A stretch of 64,000 bases of DNA from Takakia lepidozioides (GCA_030704615.1 CM060733.1:49042001-49106000); one strand, 5' to 3'. Positions 26,651 through 40,400 are shown, counted from the stretch's first letter. Made by a program: numbers and translations. The notes: generated by a model from the letters alone, not told the origin.

Positions 26651-28649
26651 ATTAGTAAGTGACTTTAAATGTGGACTCTTGTGGAAAAAAAATGTAACTT
26701 ATGATGTCACTTGACCTTGGCAAAGGGCTCTTGTCTTCTAATGAGAAGGTGGCCATGGACCACTAATGACGTGGTATTATGGATGTCTCAGTGATTTGAA
26801 AGAGGTTATCATCTCCTCTCAACATATCTTAATCATCGCCTTCACAGTTCCCTAGAGGTTATTTTTCCCTCTTGTATCTGCTATATCCTTTAATAAATAT
26901 ACCGCAGGGCCACAGCTCCCTGTTCTATAAAAAAACATTTGAAAAGAAAAAAACTTAACCCTTAACTTCCTATGCGATCCATATGGGGGGCGCCCTACAA
27001 GACAAATTCACACAACTTTTGCATATTTTATTATTATAAATTGGTTCCTAAAGCAATAAATATTCTGACAATATGGCCAACACGATGAGCTAATAATCGG
27101 TGAAATTGCACAAAATTGACGGGGTGCTTAGATGAAATGCAAGTCATAGTCTCACCGCAGGGATCCTACAAATCGCTTATTTGGGTCCAGGCTGTTGTTA
27201 CGAGATCTGATATGTTTGAAGATTTTCTTCTAGAGCTCAATCTGAACCCCCACAAGAACTCATACAAAGGAGGTAAATTCCAAAATACTGCTCCAACTCA
27301 GAGCCGCTGATTCTATGGATATTGCATCCCACATGGCCAAATGTGATGAGTTCATATCCCATGTATCATAACAAAAGAGCATCACCACAGAAAAAATTGC
27401 ATCTACATGAAGATACTTGACAACATACAGGAGGTTCAAACTAGGAAATTGAATTGGACAAAAACTTTTCAATCGACGGCTCTGCCCTCCCAAATGGAGC
27501 AAACGATATCAACAAATGAATCCACGACATGTTTTAAGACAAAATTGCACTGAATATTGTAATGCAAAGTAAGAAGCCATGCTTCTGAAATTCCGAAACC
27601 GCAGTCACATACACACAACAAGAGAATGTGAAGTTCAAAATAGAACCCCAAGATTGTTCCAAAGAAGCATTTGTTCATCAACGCAGATAGCATCAGCGTT
27701 GTACATTTCATGCCCCATGCATCACCAGCAAGAGGTCTACCGCAGGCTACGGCGCTACAGTCAACGCGAGCAAGCTGGGATCTCGGAGTGAATCTGGACC
27801 TACACTCCATGATACGTCCATCACCTGTCTCAGCACCGGTAATATACAAATCTTCCTCTTGCTGCTAGCACAAACATTCATATAAATCACTTTGGGCTCG
27901 ATTGGACTCTACACATTGAAGAACACATAAATGTCCAAACTTATATGCGTGCTAAACCAGCTTATGTTTGCAGTTTGGAGATTTTGGATTGGTCTGTAAA
28001 ATCGACCAAGTAGCCGTTGAGCAGCCACAGTCCTTTGTCAATCAATAGCTGTATAAAAAACTTGCATGGGTAGATGGTCAACTGGAAACAACAGCGACAG
28101 CGGCAGCAATACAATTGATAAAACCAGGTACTGCTAAGTAATGAAGGTTCTTCAATACCTTTCATCCTATTTTTCTTGCTCTTTCACCTGCCTCAACACA
28201 AATCATGCATACATCCTCGCATTGTTGTTGGCAGCTGATAATAACAGCTCTACAGTTATTCCAGCCAACATCCCAACCCTACTTACCACAAACTGACTGC
28301 TAACACCGGGGCGAACGTAGGGAAGCTAGCCCTAATTGGCTTCGTCGTAGGTAAAGTGATTTTTTTTTATCTTGCGCAGTAGAAATCCAGGTTTTTCCAG
28401 TAAAAACAGGGTTGGGTGGTCTCGCACCTGCTACGGCGATTTGCGCGGGACTTGCCGCCTGACTTGCTGTACCGGGTTTTAATTTTGTAAGTGTATGCTT
28501 CGTCTACAGTGGAGCAAACATGGAAGATTCTCTTCCTAGCTCTTTCTTGGTTATTTTTTAGAGGGAGTTGAAGGGACTTCTTCTTCCTCTCCTCAAGGTG
28601 TACAAAATAATCATGTGCAAGCTCTTCAAGCTCCTCCAAACCATTTGCA

Positions 28650-29473
28650 GAAAGTCCAAGCTCCGAAAAATCATGTGCAGATGGTCCTGGCAGCTCAGGG
28701 AAATGATAGGAGATCGTGGACAAATCCTTGCAGAGTTTTTGTGGGAGGAGAAACACTAGGAGTACAATCGAGGACACATAAGAGAGGTGAATTGGAGAGT
28801 TTGTAACGTTATTGAACCTAAACTTTGCAAATTATGTGCAATGGACCTAGAAGCAATGCACAGACAAAATCAACAAGATGAATGACAAGTACAAGAGGAG
28901 AAAGAGAAGACTAAGGTGGCATGTGTTGCTCCTTCATATTGGTCTTGGTTTGACAGATTTGACAACATTTTACGAGGAACCTCAAAATTAATGGTGTACC
29001 TCATATTGTCAATGAGGGAGTTCATTTTACTCATACTGAGGCTGTAGAAGTGAGTCATGATGAGGGTACTGTTCCACACACTCAACAAAAAGATGTGCAG
29101 ATGTGTCGGGGACTCATAGCGAACGCAGAACTTCTGTTTTTTGTGAAGGTGTTGAGGGTGTTGCACCTGAGCAGTCTGCTTCGGCTAATTCACCAAGGAC
29201 CAAAGCTTGCAAGCTATCTTGTATGCAGGGAAAGCCCAATGGGAAAGCAGAGAAGAAAAAAGACGTTTGTCTGTAGTCCGGTCCTCTGCAATTGCAAATG
29301 CCATTAAAGACTTCGGTGATGGTGTGAAAGAAATAGAGAAGCTGAAGATGGAAATGACTGAGATACTCATAATTCAGATGCTTCAGAATGAACAGACAAG
29401 GCGAGAGATGATAGTGCAAGGACAATTACAGATGGCTGCCCTCTTTGGAGAGGTTTTGAAGCCTAAAGAATAA
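28650..29473 (+). pseudogene. Myb/SANT (trihelix)-like ORF of a PIF/Harbinger element, disrupted
   Basis: WT*KQCTDKINKMNDKYKRRKEKT...YWSWFDRFDNILRGT trihelix-like motif plus coiled-coil C-terminus (29207..29473); convergent with the Harbinger nuclease. Confidence 0.7.
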
Positions 29474-29599
29474 TACAGAGCTTGGTATGGTTTAGGGTGC
29501 TTAAAGATATGTGTGGGAAAACATCCAAATGCAGAGTTAGAACTGCAATAAAAAATGGTTTGATTTTAATACCAAATGGAGTACAGAATGGGCGTTCGC

Positions 29600-30760
29600 T
29601 TAAGCTGCACTGCTCAATTAACTTAGTCCTTAATCTTTCTCCTTCTGCTTTTGCAATCTCTCCATCTCTCAGTGTCCGTAATCTATCAATTCCAAAACCC
29701 GCCAAATGATCTCTACTAGTTGGAGCATTGGCAAGCCCTGGCTCAGGAGCACCCCACAACTCACAATAATTATGCAAGACACAACAAGCAACCGCAATTA
29801 TGGGAGCTGTATCAACTCTAGAATCAAAATGTTTCAGAATACGCCATCTGTTTTTAAGAGATCCAAAAGCATTTATATTGTCACCCTCCCTGAGTTCATG
29901 CTGGAATCAAATCTCATCTTCTCTATAGCAGCTGGATTGTGGGTTTTCCAATTCTTCTGCAAGTAGGTGTGGATATGATAAGCTGCATTCCAATCAAATA
30001 CGGAGTGCATCTCATGCCTCCAACCGTGACCACTAGCTCTTGAAGAATCTCACCAACCCTCAATTGTCTATACAGACTCGACATCTTGAACTGTCCTCCA
30101 TCATGAACCCCTCCTGGTTCTTCCGCACATACATTCCAAAATCTCTTGTCTGCACAACAAACAGCTTATAGCACAATACTGTGGAATTTTTTTTTTATTG
30201 TAAAACTCACTAACTACAAGCGTGACTCTTTTATTGGGAAGCTCAGCTAAAGGAATGTGACTACCATCAATTGCTCCACAAACATTAGGTAGCCCTGTGA
30301 GCTCCTGGAAATGGTTTATAATCTCTTTCAAACGGCCACCTGAAGGGATACTAATGTACTTGCTGAACAATTTATTTCTATCAGTTAGAGTATCACAACA
30401 ATAGCAACATACTTTTGTATGGTTGATGCACCCACATTGAAACAATCAGCCATATGTGTAGCATTATATCCATGAGCAAATCTGTATAGAACAATGGCCA
30501 CAATTTTTCTGATCTCTAATTGTGGCCTCACATGATTGAGACATCGAGATTGCAAGAAATGTGTTAATTCTAAAGCTAAGTTGTTGAAAGCTTCAAAACT
30601 CATTTTATAAGACATTAAAAATTTCTTGTCTATACATTTCAGGTGTAGTATGCCACACATCTCTTTGTACATGATCCCAATGCGTGTATTGTCTAGGTTC
30701 TTTCCACCACAAGCAAGGTGGATGTCTCTTCCTCTTTGAAATGACATAGAAAATCGGAAT
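29600..30760 (-). pseudogene. PIF/Harbinger (HARBI1-like DDE) transposase, frameshifted
   Basis: YKMSFEAFNNL...KIVAIVLYRFAHG...FNVGASTIQKY; GLPNVCGAIDGSHIP; IMHNYCE...GERLRTKLI. Confidence 0.85.
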
Positions 30761-31046
30761 GAAACTAAACCCTATTGAAGGTTCTTTGTCTGCACGCAAG
30801 TGCCTCACTCTGGACTTGAACATTGCACAGTTTTTTCAGGTAACAGAAAAAAACATCCAAATGAGTAAAATCCTTCCCATGACAGCTCGGTCCATTTTAC
30901 TATGGCTGGTTTTGATAAATAGCACCTGAGCATGTAATAGCAAGCACCGAACTTTTGTAAAAACCAACACAAAAAAGAACAAGGCAGGGGGGCCAACAAC
31001 CGTTCGCTGCAGGTGCCGGGTACGGCCTTTCGCTTTGCTCCCTTGA

Positions 31047-32600
31047 GGTGGGTGAAAAGCAAGGGATTTGAGTTAAAGGGTGATGATGCCACCATGCCAG
31101 CTCTTATGTTTGCAGATGACATCGTGGGCCTGGGGATACCCCATCCAATCTTCAGGAGTTGATGTGTGAAGATGTACCTTGACCTACGGAGGCTACAAGC
31201 TAATGCTAGTAAATGCACATTGGTGACCTTCAATGATCACGGGGAGGGAGGAGGGGATCTCAAATGGGCATGCAGCAGTGAAGAAATCCGTGTGCTCCCT
31301 TCCTACACATATTGTGGTGTTGAGTTTTCCTTCAGTTGTTACTTGGCTGCAGTATACACAAAATGTGGTTCAAACAGCTCAACGCAAAGCTTTGGATCTC
31401 ACTCAATTTTTCCATTGTAGAGGGATTAATACTGAAGAAGGCCCATGCTTTGCAGCGTTAGTAGGCCCACCTTGGAGTACACATCTGCCTTGTGGATTGG
31501 CAACTCCAACCATGCTAAGACTTTAGAATCCATTCAGCTTTTGGTGCTCAAAGAGAGCATGTCAGTGTCAGTCTCTAGAACAATTGATGTGGTTGTTCAG
31601 GGCATAGCACCCTTCAGCTCTTGACATGATAACTTCAAGGTCAGATGGTGTGGTTAGTTGAATTGCATGCCTAACTAGATATCCTAAGATGATTGACTCT
31701 ATTTCTTGGAAGCAAGACCATCTTGTTAGACTGGCTAAGTCCTGGCGGAAAAGGTAGAGGACATTTTCAAATACCTAAATATTAGACAGGAAGAACTGAC
31801 CCTGCTATATGAAGATGGAGGCTGAAGTGTCTACTTGGCCATGTCACAAGAATGAAAATGGTCCCAACAAAATAAAGTTAGGCATAAAACCTTATTGAAC
31901 TTGTTTCCAGTTTGTGATATGGGTGAGGACCTTAGGGATGATCTGAAGGGCCTACCTACCCTTGGCACTAGAATGAAATTCAAACAAAGGGTCGGGAGTG
32001 AGTCTACCTTTGAACAACAAACAGATGCAGAGAGGAAAGGCAGATTGTCAATGCCCAACATGTGGGTGCCCTGAAGACAACTTCTGTATATTATATATTT
32101 GACGCCTCCCAAAGCAAGCATAAATTATGGTGCAGTCTCTTCACCCCGAAGGGTTACTGCCTTCCGCTAGGAAGGTGGACACCTTTGTGACACCAATCGG
32201 TGGATTGAACCCACAATCACTTCCGAGGTGGTATGTGCCCATCACCACTACGCAACAATTTGGTTGTCGACAACATCCAATTTCTGATACAATGTATGGG
32301 ATATTCTCATCAGTGACCCTCTTTAGGATCGCCATCAAGAACATAGTCCTCGCAGTACCTCTGTTCACCAACTTTCAAACCCTCGAGGTTGAGCCTAAAG
32401 CCTTGGTGCTATTGGGGTCTAATTGCTGGGCAGCTCACACACAACATATTGATGCTTGTGTGAAGGGCTTTCTAGATGAAATCTGGAAAGCCCGAACCAG
32501 TTGTAATTTACTACACCAGGTAAGTCTCACTACTGGAGTGAGCCCCTCACAAAGGCAGTGTTTGTTTCCTCTTGTTCTATTGTTAACCGCTGGTTTATGA
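31047..32600 (+). mobile_element. LINE fragment (RT C-terminal half to 3' region), same family as the intronic copies; contains a SINE at ~32098-32240
   Basis: ccagctcttatgtttgcagatgac (PALMFADD); LQANASKC; VLPSYTYCGVEFS; 3' part PLFTNFQTLEVEPKALVLLGSNCW shared with 8421..8819. Confidence 0.8.
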
Positions 32601-33019
32601 CTTAGACAAAACAGGCTAGCAGCACTACTGCCCATTTCCTAAGACATGCAACAGAGGTTGTCCGACGGTATGCTTTCAGAAACGATTACGAAGTAATCAT
32701 TTTAAGGATAGCTAAACCATGAACGTCGTATGAATTTATCTCCTTGGAGGCTGCTTAATCCTATTGATTAAGCTCAACTTACAGTCTCTTTGACATGAGA
32801 GATCTTAGTCGTAAAGACTGAAGTCATTCCATTCATGCAAACAATTGATAGTCAAGGCAAAACAAGAACTATCCTGAGATGATACACATTCTCACCATCT
32901 CAAATTCTCTCATAATGCATATTCTCTCTATCTCACATTCACTCAACACAGAGATACTTCGAATAGCATGGCTTTACTTCAGAGTTCGTCATACCATCAT
33001 AGAAATACACACTGAATCA

Positions 33020-33897
33020 CTCACATTTCAGCGAGCAGTTTCTGAGATATTCAAGAACTATCTCAACGATTTTATGCAGGTATTTTTGGATGATTTCAGT
33101 GTCTTCGGACAGAAATCCAAACACTTGGCACAGTTAAAACTTTGCCTACAAGCCTGCAGAAACAATGGAGTAAGTCTCAACCCGGAAAAATGTACATTTT
33201 GTGTGAATTCAGGATTACTGTTGGGACACATTGTGTGCCAACGGGGAATTCTGGTGGATCCAAAGAAAGTGGAGGTTATCCAGAAAATACCACCACCAGA
33301 AAATCCCAAGAAACTCAAGAGATTTCTGGGACAGAGACCACCCTTTCAGAGAAATAGGGGTCCAAGTTGTTAACTGGTTAATGGGCAGCAGGGCGACTAA
33401 ACACATTATACCCTGGACCTAGGAGGAGCTGCAAACCTACCGAGAAACCTTGACCACCAAAATCGACATAGTGCATGGGGATGGAGCAGCAGAACACCCT
33501 GATAACGAAAGCTGGCCTACTCACGAACCAGGGGAGCAACCAGACAGTGACGATAACAGGAACAAGAAGCTGCTACCACGACAATCCTGGGACGCACTTC
33601 CTACCCCGCAGACAGGCTTGCCACCACCTTACATTGACCCCCACACCAAAACAAAAACCAACACCAGAGGTTTACACGATTAAACCCACAACTATACGAC
33701 AAACTTCAGACTACGACGAAGCAATACCCGTAATACAAGTACGTATTGGACGGAAGATGGTAACGGATGTATTCATTGATGGAGGATCCGGAGTGAATAT
33801 CATGACAGAGAAGATGAAGAAGTCACTAGGATTGGGGCACATGAAACCTGCTCCATTCACGGTACGAATGGCTGATCAACAAAAAACTCAGGGGTAG
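33020..33897 (+). mobile_element. Scrambled Ty3/Gypsy fragment: RT piece (33020-33335) followed by gag-end/aspartic protease piece
   Basis: TFQRAV...FMQVFLDDFSVF...SLNPEKC...LLGHIV...LKRFLGQ, then VFIDGGSGVNIM...PFTVRMADQ. Confidence 0.85.
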
Positions 33898-34329
33898 GGG
33901 GGTAAGTCCTGAGGAGATAGGATGGCCGCTGGATAAAGCATTTTGTGAGGATGCCATACGCTACCTATAGGTCCCTGAGGCGAGGAATGAGGTCGGAATG
34001 AATGACATCTTGATCAAGGGCATTCTCCAAGAAAGAGGAAGTGAAAGAGGTGGTACCAAGGGGGACGCCCAAGACGCAAATGCCGTCAGACGGTGTGATG
34101 AAGTGTGTAGGAGGTACAAAGTCTGGGGGCAAACCGGCTGTAGATCCACCAACGAGCTAACTTGTAGAATTCAACATGAAAAATTAGGGACAACTCTGAT
34201 AGCAGGGGAAAACAGGGTGAAATATGTTGAAGAAGGTACCTTCATTAGCATTGGGCTTTGTTCTATCAATTGTGCTGCTGCCATTGTTGTTTCCAGTTGA
34301 CCATCTACCCACTTGTAGCCGTTGTGCTA

Positions 34330-34645
34330 TTGAAGAAGGTGCCCCCCCTTCCCCCATCATTTGATCATAGGTCTCCAAAGCCTCCATACCATGTCCCTGC
34401 TGTGCATACCCTGCAAGCATCGCGTTCCATGACACCACATTTGGTTCAGCCATAGTGTTGAAAACTCCCTTCGCATCCTTAATGCACCCACATTTGGCAT
34501 AGACATCCACCAGGGGAGTGTTCAGGATGACATCTGGTACAATTCCAGCTTTGACGATGTCACCATGGACCTCTTTCCCCTTTTCTAGAGGTCCCAGGCT
34601 TGCACACGCATTGCAAACATGCGGAAGCGTGATATGGTTGGGCTT
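34330..34645 (-). pseudogene. PLS-type PPR pseudogene, downstream half (split by the MULE insertion)
   Basis: KPNHITLPHVCNACASLGPLEKGKEVHGDIVKAG...VDVYAKCGCIKDAKGVFNTMAEPNVVSWNAMLAGYAQQGHG. Confidence 0.85.
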
Positions 34646-34658
34646 GAGGTTTACTATT

Positions 34659-34760
34659 TCATGAGCATAAACCATGAGCCATGAGCCATGAGCCATGAGC
34701 CGCATGAGCCGCATGAGCGGTGAGCCGAAGTCTAAGATACGCGGATTTCATGAGCGGACT
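34659..34760. repeat. Subterminal CATGAGC(C) repeats, left end of copy 1 (inverted counterpart at ~45624-45690)
   Basis: catgagc x ~8 at the left end; gctcatg x ~6 at the right end. Confidence 0.9.
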
Positions 34761-35503
34761 CCTCCAAATTTGGAAATGCGGCAGATTAAACAAGTATTAA
34801 AATAATAGTTTTTTATTTGACCTTGCCGTTTTTGGACGTTCCAGATCATGTAATGCGGCGAAGATATGTCGTCAGTAACAAGTCCGCTCATGGTTTTATA
34901 GATCCGCTCATGGAAATAAGTGACCGTGCAACGGGAAATCCAGTATACCACTGCAAAAGGACGTCGCATACTGGCCTGTATAGAGTATTCCGCGGTTTTA
35001 CATGCCTTAACATTGGAATGAAGCTGACCCTTTTGCCGCGATTGAACCAATGGAGTCTGCACCAATACAGTCTGCAGTACTTCACAATTCTGTCTTCTTC
35101 GGGTATTCGGCGGGAAAGGTTTGCAACTGAACTGGGAAATAAGGTGCCGCATTAGGGTTCGCACGTGCGAAATTTCGGAGCGGTTTGGTGTTGGCGAAGG
35201 CCGCCTCTACCAGTACCTACGACGATACTTGGAAATGCGGCGCCGCATTTCCTTGTCGGAGGTCGAATGAGGAAAGCAAGTTTTCGGAAAGCAGAAAAAC
35301 ATGAGCCCTCCAACATACAAAAACACATGCACGTGGAAACAAGTGAACGATATAGTAATATCTTAGTTCGAGCAAAACAGGTTACTGGTAGGCAAGACAT
35401 ATGTCGGACCTTTCTGTGGCCAGAGTCTGAGGTACTGGCAGCAGTACAGTTCTACTATCCGAAAAGGATGGGCGTACCATTGTATGGGGACCGCAAGCCA
35501 AGC

Positions 35504-37308
35504 TCACTGGTCCCCTGGATCCATATTCAGAAGAGTGTGAACCTCCTGGGGGCTCAACCCTGGTGCATGTATGAAGTGATGAGTTGTGGAATTACAACGG
35601 AGTCTCTTTAGGTACACGTAGTACAAATGCTTGCAAGGGCAGTATGATGCCCCCTTGTTCGCCATGATCTGGAAGTCGGTGCAATTGCAGGTGGGTAATT
35701 CTGAAATGGTGATGGTGTACACCTCATTGCGAACAGCTGAGCCCGTCGTGGCCATCTGATACACACGCCCGAATCCTGGTGGGGGCACTTCTGTCGAGCT
35801 CTGGATTGTACAGTTCATCCGAAGTGCATTCCCCATCCTTGTCTCGTTCACTTTTGAGGGAGGTCGCCACCTCTTCGGTTTCCCCCAACGGTGTATAGGA
35901 TGCTTAGAGCTGTCGTGTCCCATTGTTCTTGCTCTCACAGGGGTCGGTGGTGGAGGCTGTGGAAGCGGAAATGGTTCTCTGGGGTCGTCAGTGCGCTGCA
36001 CCATCCGAAATCCTGCGGCGGTAAGGGCGTCGGCCTCAACCTGACTCAGATCGCAGCCTGGTTCCACCGGCCACACCGGGGGAGCCTCTGGCATTGTTTG
36101 TATGCCGTACTTGGGCTTTCCATACACGCAAGTCATAATGTCGTGCCTGCAGAACCAGAACTGGGTGGTTGTCGCCTCCGCAAACTTTGCATGGACAAAT
36201 CTTCCTGTAAAAGTAGGAGCAGGGACAGCCCCATCTGGATTCCTCCTTATCATCTCTAAACAATGTTGCCGTGTATCCACACGAATTGCGGAACACCTTC
36301 CTCGAAACGACGGCTTTGTGCGAGCAATTCTCCACTGTGAGGCAGACACAGTCGTCTCCACAATGGCTTGGTCATACTGCATAACAGCGGGCGGAATCTG
36401 GGGCAAGGGAGCGGTGGGAATTTTTTGCACGAAATCCCCGGTTGAAGGCGACGGCGATCTGGAATTTCTTGGGCTTCCACTGCTGGAAGACACATTGTGC
36501 GGCAACATGACGGGACCTCCAGGTGCTGTCCGAATGTTCCTGTCGGATCTCCAGGAATTCTCTTCGCACCCGGGTTTCTCTTCAATCCTCCGCCTGACAG
36601 GGCGAGTCCGGACGTCCCCCTCTAGGTGTTCACGTCTGCGGTGCAGAGGCGTCCCTTTGATCTTCTCTCGCAATGCTGTCGCCCATTTCACTGGATTCTT
36701 GGACCTCAAAGCTGTTCGTACCAACAATTCCTCCCTGTCCGGCCCAAAGCCCCATTGTTTTCCGCTCAGGAACTTGTAGTACGTGGCTTGCTGCATGATT
36801 GCTCTGTCGATGTCCTCCGTTGTGGCCGTCACTACGTCCACCAGATGTGCGGCAGAAGACGCTCGCCAGGAGGAGTGGACCGCCATATTCGTGTTCGGCA
36901 TGTCCGTGTCGGAATCCAAGCACCGCTCCTAGAAGGACACAAACAATGGTGAGGGACCAATCGAAATGTCCGTAACAGAAAGACAAATGAACGAAATTGA
37001 CAGCAGCCTACCTCCCGCATGTACTGTCCAAACTGTCGATACCGAAAATGCCACCACCCCAACCAGCTGTGCAATGCTCCCAGATTGGTTGTCTCCACTG
37101 CACCTGATGTGTTCCACCAAGCCTCGATGATAGCAAACTTAACCTCCGCGTCATCAAATGTGGGTGCATCCTTCCACGCCGTACAAAGGACACGGTGTTC
37201 AGCCTGGAATGAGCTAGCAACAAATTTGATAGTGTAGTGGGATAGACTCTGCATCCAATGGAATCCACAGGATCTCTCTTTCCCCTCCATTGGAACATTG
37301 CCACTCAG
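35504..37308 (-). pseudogene. MULE-type transposase, C-terminal part with SWIM zinc finger; exons ~37308-37012 and 36928-35504; N-terminus deleted
   Basis: ERSCGFHWMQSL (CxxH motif of Mutator transposases); LHSWLGWWHFRY; PNTNMAVHSSW where TNxxE is expected; SWIM CNCTDF...CPCKHLYYV; GT-AG intron 37011-36929. Confidence 0.75.
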
Positions 37309-37420
37309 GCAACCCAGCCACCAGTGAGAGCTCCATGCGATCGGGCTGCGCGCAGCTGATCGAGCACCGAACCCCCCATTTTGCTTCTGTAATTCTTAGA
37401 CTGAATGCTAGGAGACTTGA

Positions 37421-40400
37421 ATGCAGAACATGTTTGCATGCCTAACAGGAAAGGTGGACGTGCTGGAGGGATCGCAGGAATCCGAAGAGCCGCAGGAAGA
37501 GTCCGAGGAGCTAGCTGCAGCACGTACACCCACCCGATCCCCGAGCGCGGGTATTCCTGCCGGGCCTAGCCCTGTGCGATTCAAAGACGCGGCTTCGAAG
37601 GGCAAGTTCAAAGCCCCAGAGATCGACTCGCGTTCTTCGGTCATGGAGAATCGCCAGCAGGGGTCGGGCCCTTCTCCAGCAAAGTCGAAGAAGAAGCAGC
37701 CCGTCCCTCTACTGGCTTCTGAACCGGCTCAGGCTGATTCACCCCCCCCAACGCGTATGAAGCAGCAGGGTAAAAGACAGATTCAATTGCAGTAGACACC
37801 TTCACCTGCAAGGATGAGGAAGCAGAAGGCAATCAGGGCGACGGCCGAACAATCTCCCGCAAAACCGCTTCCACGAGCTGAAGCTCAGTTCCTGGAGGAT
37901 TTCCCGCCTGCAGATGTTGGGGCCGACTCTGCTGCAGCGAAGGCAATGGGATCGACCGTTGATCTCGATTTGGTACCGGAGGAGGGTGCTGCCGCTCAAC
38001 GTTCGTAGCAAGACCTCACCACCGATGAGCAAGCAGGCCCGGAGGAGGCCTCTGCAATGGCAAAATTGCCCACAGACAGGCCCCAGAGTGCAGCTCCAGT
38101 TGAGGATGCTCCAGCTGCTCAGCCACTACCGGCACCTACAGACATGTCTCCGGAGGATTTCAAAAGTGCAGCGGATAAAATGTTGGAGGAGACACACAGT
38201 AGCATTGGCAGAGTTCTGGGCAGCAGGGTATTCCAGCGGACTCTTCGAATCCCACTCTGTCGCATGGTCTCCCTTCCCATCGTCAGGCAGGCCCTTCCCG
38301 GAGATGTGGATAAGCTGAAGTTCGCATTTCGAGAAGGGTACCGTCTGGGATCGGCAGCGTTTTACGTTTCCATTGAGAATGAGGACGGCGAAACTCGTGG
38401 ACCCACTGCCGATGAATTGTCAACGTGGGATACCCACTGGCACACTCGCAACGACGAATTCGAGGCGACAATGAAGGGTGATCCAGACTTCGGCCATATG
38501 TCTGGTAAAATGTTCTTTGTGTGGGACGGGAATCACCGACTTCTCGCCTGGTGGGAGTACATCAAGCAGAACCATGCCAAGCACATTGGCTGGCATTACA
38601 TGGTGGAGTGTGTCATCCTGAAGGTGAAGGCGGCAGACTCCTCCCTGCTCAAGAATGCCATGGCGGACCTCAACTCGTAAGATACTCATACCCTCCCTAG
38701 CACGTTCGAAATGCGGTGCCGCATTTCGGTTTCCATTCTGGTTTGTTTCCGTGCTTCCGTGTACTGAACTGGAGAGTGTGCCTTGCAGGGTCACTGAGAA
38801 TGCGTACGTGCATACCCACATGGCACATATGCTGTACAGGGTGAGGAAAACTGGTCTCACTGATCCGCAGATGTTTGCGGAAATGCTGGAGCCCGAGCTC
38901 ATTCAGAAAGCCGTTGCAAAAACAGACCGGACATGGTATCGTCTCACTATGGATGGAATGGTGGAGGTGATATACGAAGTAAGTTGTCCTCCAATTTCCC
39001 TCTGCTCATCCTTCCCCAATTTCCAGTAATCTTTCCACATGAATCGAATGTAACGCTTCTGCATGTTTTTGTTGGCAGTCAAACATCAAGCTGGATTTGA
39101 CCCATGCCAAACGCTTCTTCATGGAAAGTGAGGGGCAGGTCAAAATGTTGTAGTCATTGACTGAGCACTTGAAGGAAGCCGGTGTCAAGTCCAGAACCAA
39201 ATACAAGTCAAAGCTTGTGAAGCTGGTGGCAATTGCAGATCCGGCACTTGGAAAGGACTTCATCCCCGAGATTGCAAAACACTATTCTCGGGCCATGCAG
39301 CCGACCATGCAATTGGAGAAACTGCATCACCTCTCAACGGCATGTGTGGAGGCGAAAGAGAAGGTGAGGTTTCAATGCACTGAAGTTCCTTCCTAGCAAT
39401 AGCCACTCTCTTCCAGCTCCTGACATTGGTTCGGAAATGGCAGACACGGTGGCTGTCGATCTGGAATGCATCCGAGAGCATAAGGACAATGTGGTCTTTT
39501 CCACTCGAAGTTTCCGACCCTGCAGTGGATGTGTGGCTCAACCGTATGACTTGGTGGTTCCAGGTAATTCAAGGTACTTCCCCAGATTTGCTTTTCTGAA
39601 ATGAATTCCCTGAACTGCTACGTGACAATGCATTTGGGAATCGCAGGTAATGTCGAATGCGAAGGAGCAAGTCGTAATGCACACAAATTTGTTCGGCTTG
39701 TACGTCAAATGGGATGGAACACAGACATTGGAAGACTACGTGACACGTTTCAGATGTGCGTACAAGGACAACCTTTTCGCCAGAGAGCTACAGACAGCAA
39801 GAAGGAGCGTGGAGTTTACACATCAGGAGGGAGCGGGGAAAGCTGCAATGCGAATTGTTTACAGGTGAAGCACAGCTGCCCTTGTATGCGAAGCCTGGTT
39901 ACGAGGTTTGTCTCGGAAATGCGGCACCGCATTCACATTTTATGTTTTCGGTGGCACCCTGCGAGTAGGTTGGTCTCAACTTTTGCTCACGCATGCTGAC
40001 TGCCTTGCAGGTATATGAAATACGTGCTCCTTCAGACAGGGGCCCTGGCTCAAGAGCCCCCGTTCTTCATGGCTTGGACCGTGGCGGGCCCAAGCTGTGT
40101 CTACACACCCGAGATGCAGAAACAATGGCATCCCGCACATCTCGTTGGATGCCCGTGGTACCTGGACATGTCTGGCGGTATTGTTGACGAGTCTGAGAAA
40201 GATCTGCACGCCTTGGCAGAAGAGAAGAGAAAGGAAAGACGTGTCCCTGCTGGGCCAAAGTCGGCAAAGGAATCTGCTGCTCTGGAAGAATCCAGAAAGG
40301 CAGCTGATATGGCACAAAAGACGGTGGATGCAGCTGTGCAGGCCCAACAGAAGGGGTCGAAGAAGAGGACTCGCCAGCAAGGAGCAGCTGTTGTGACACC

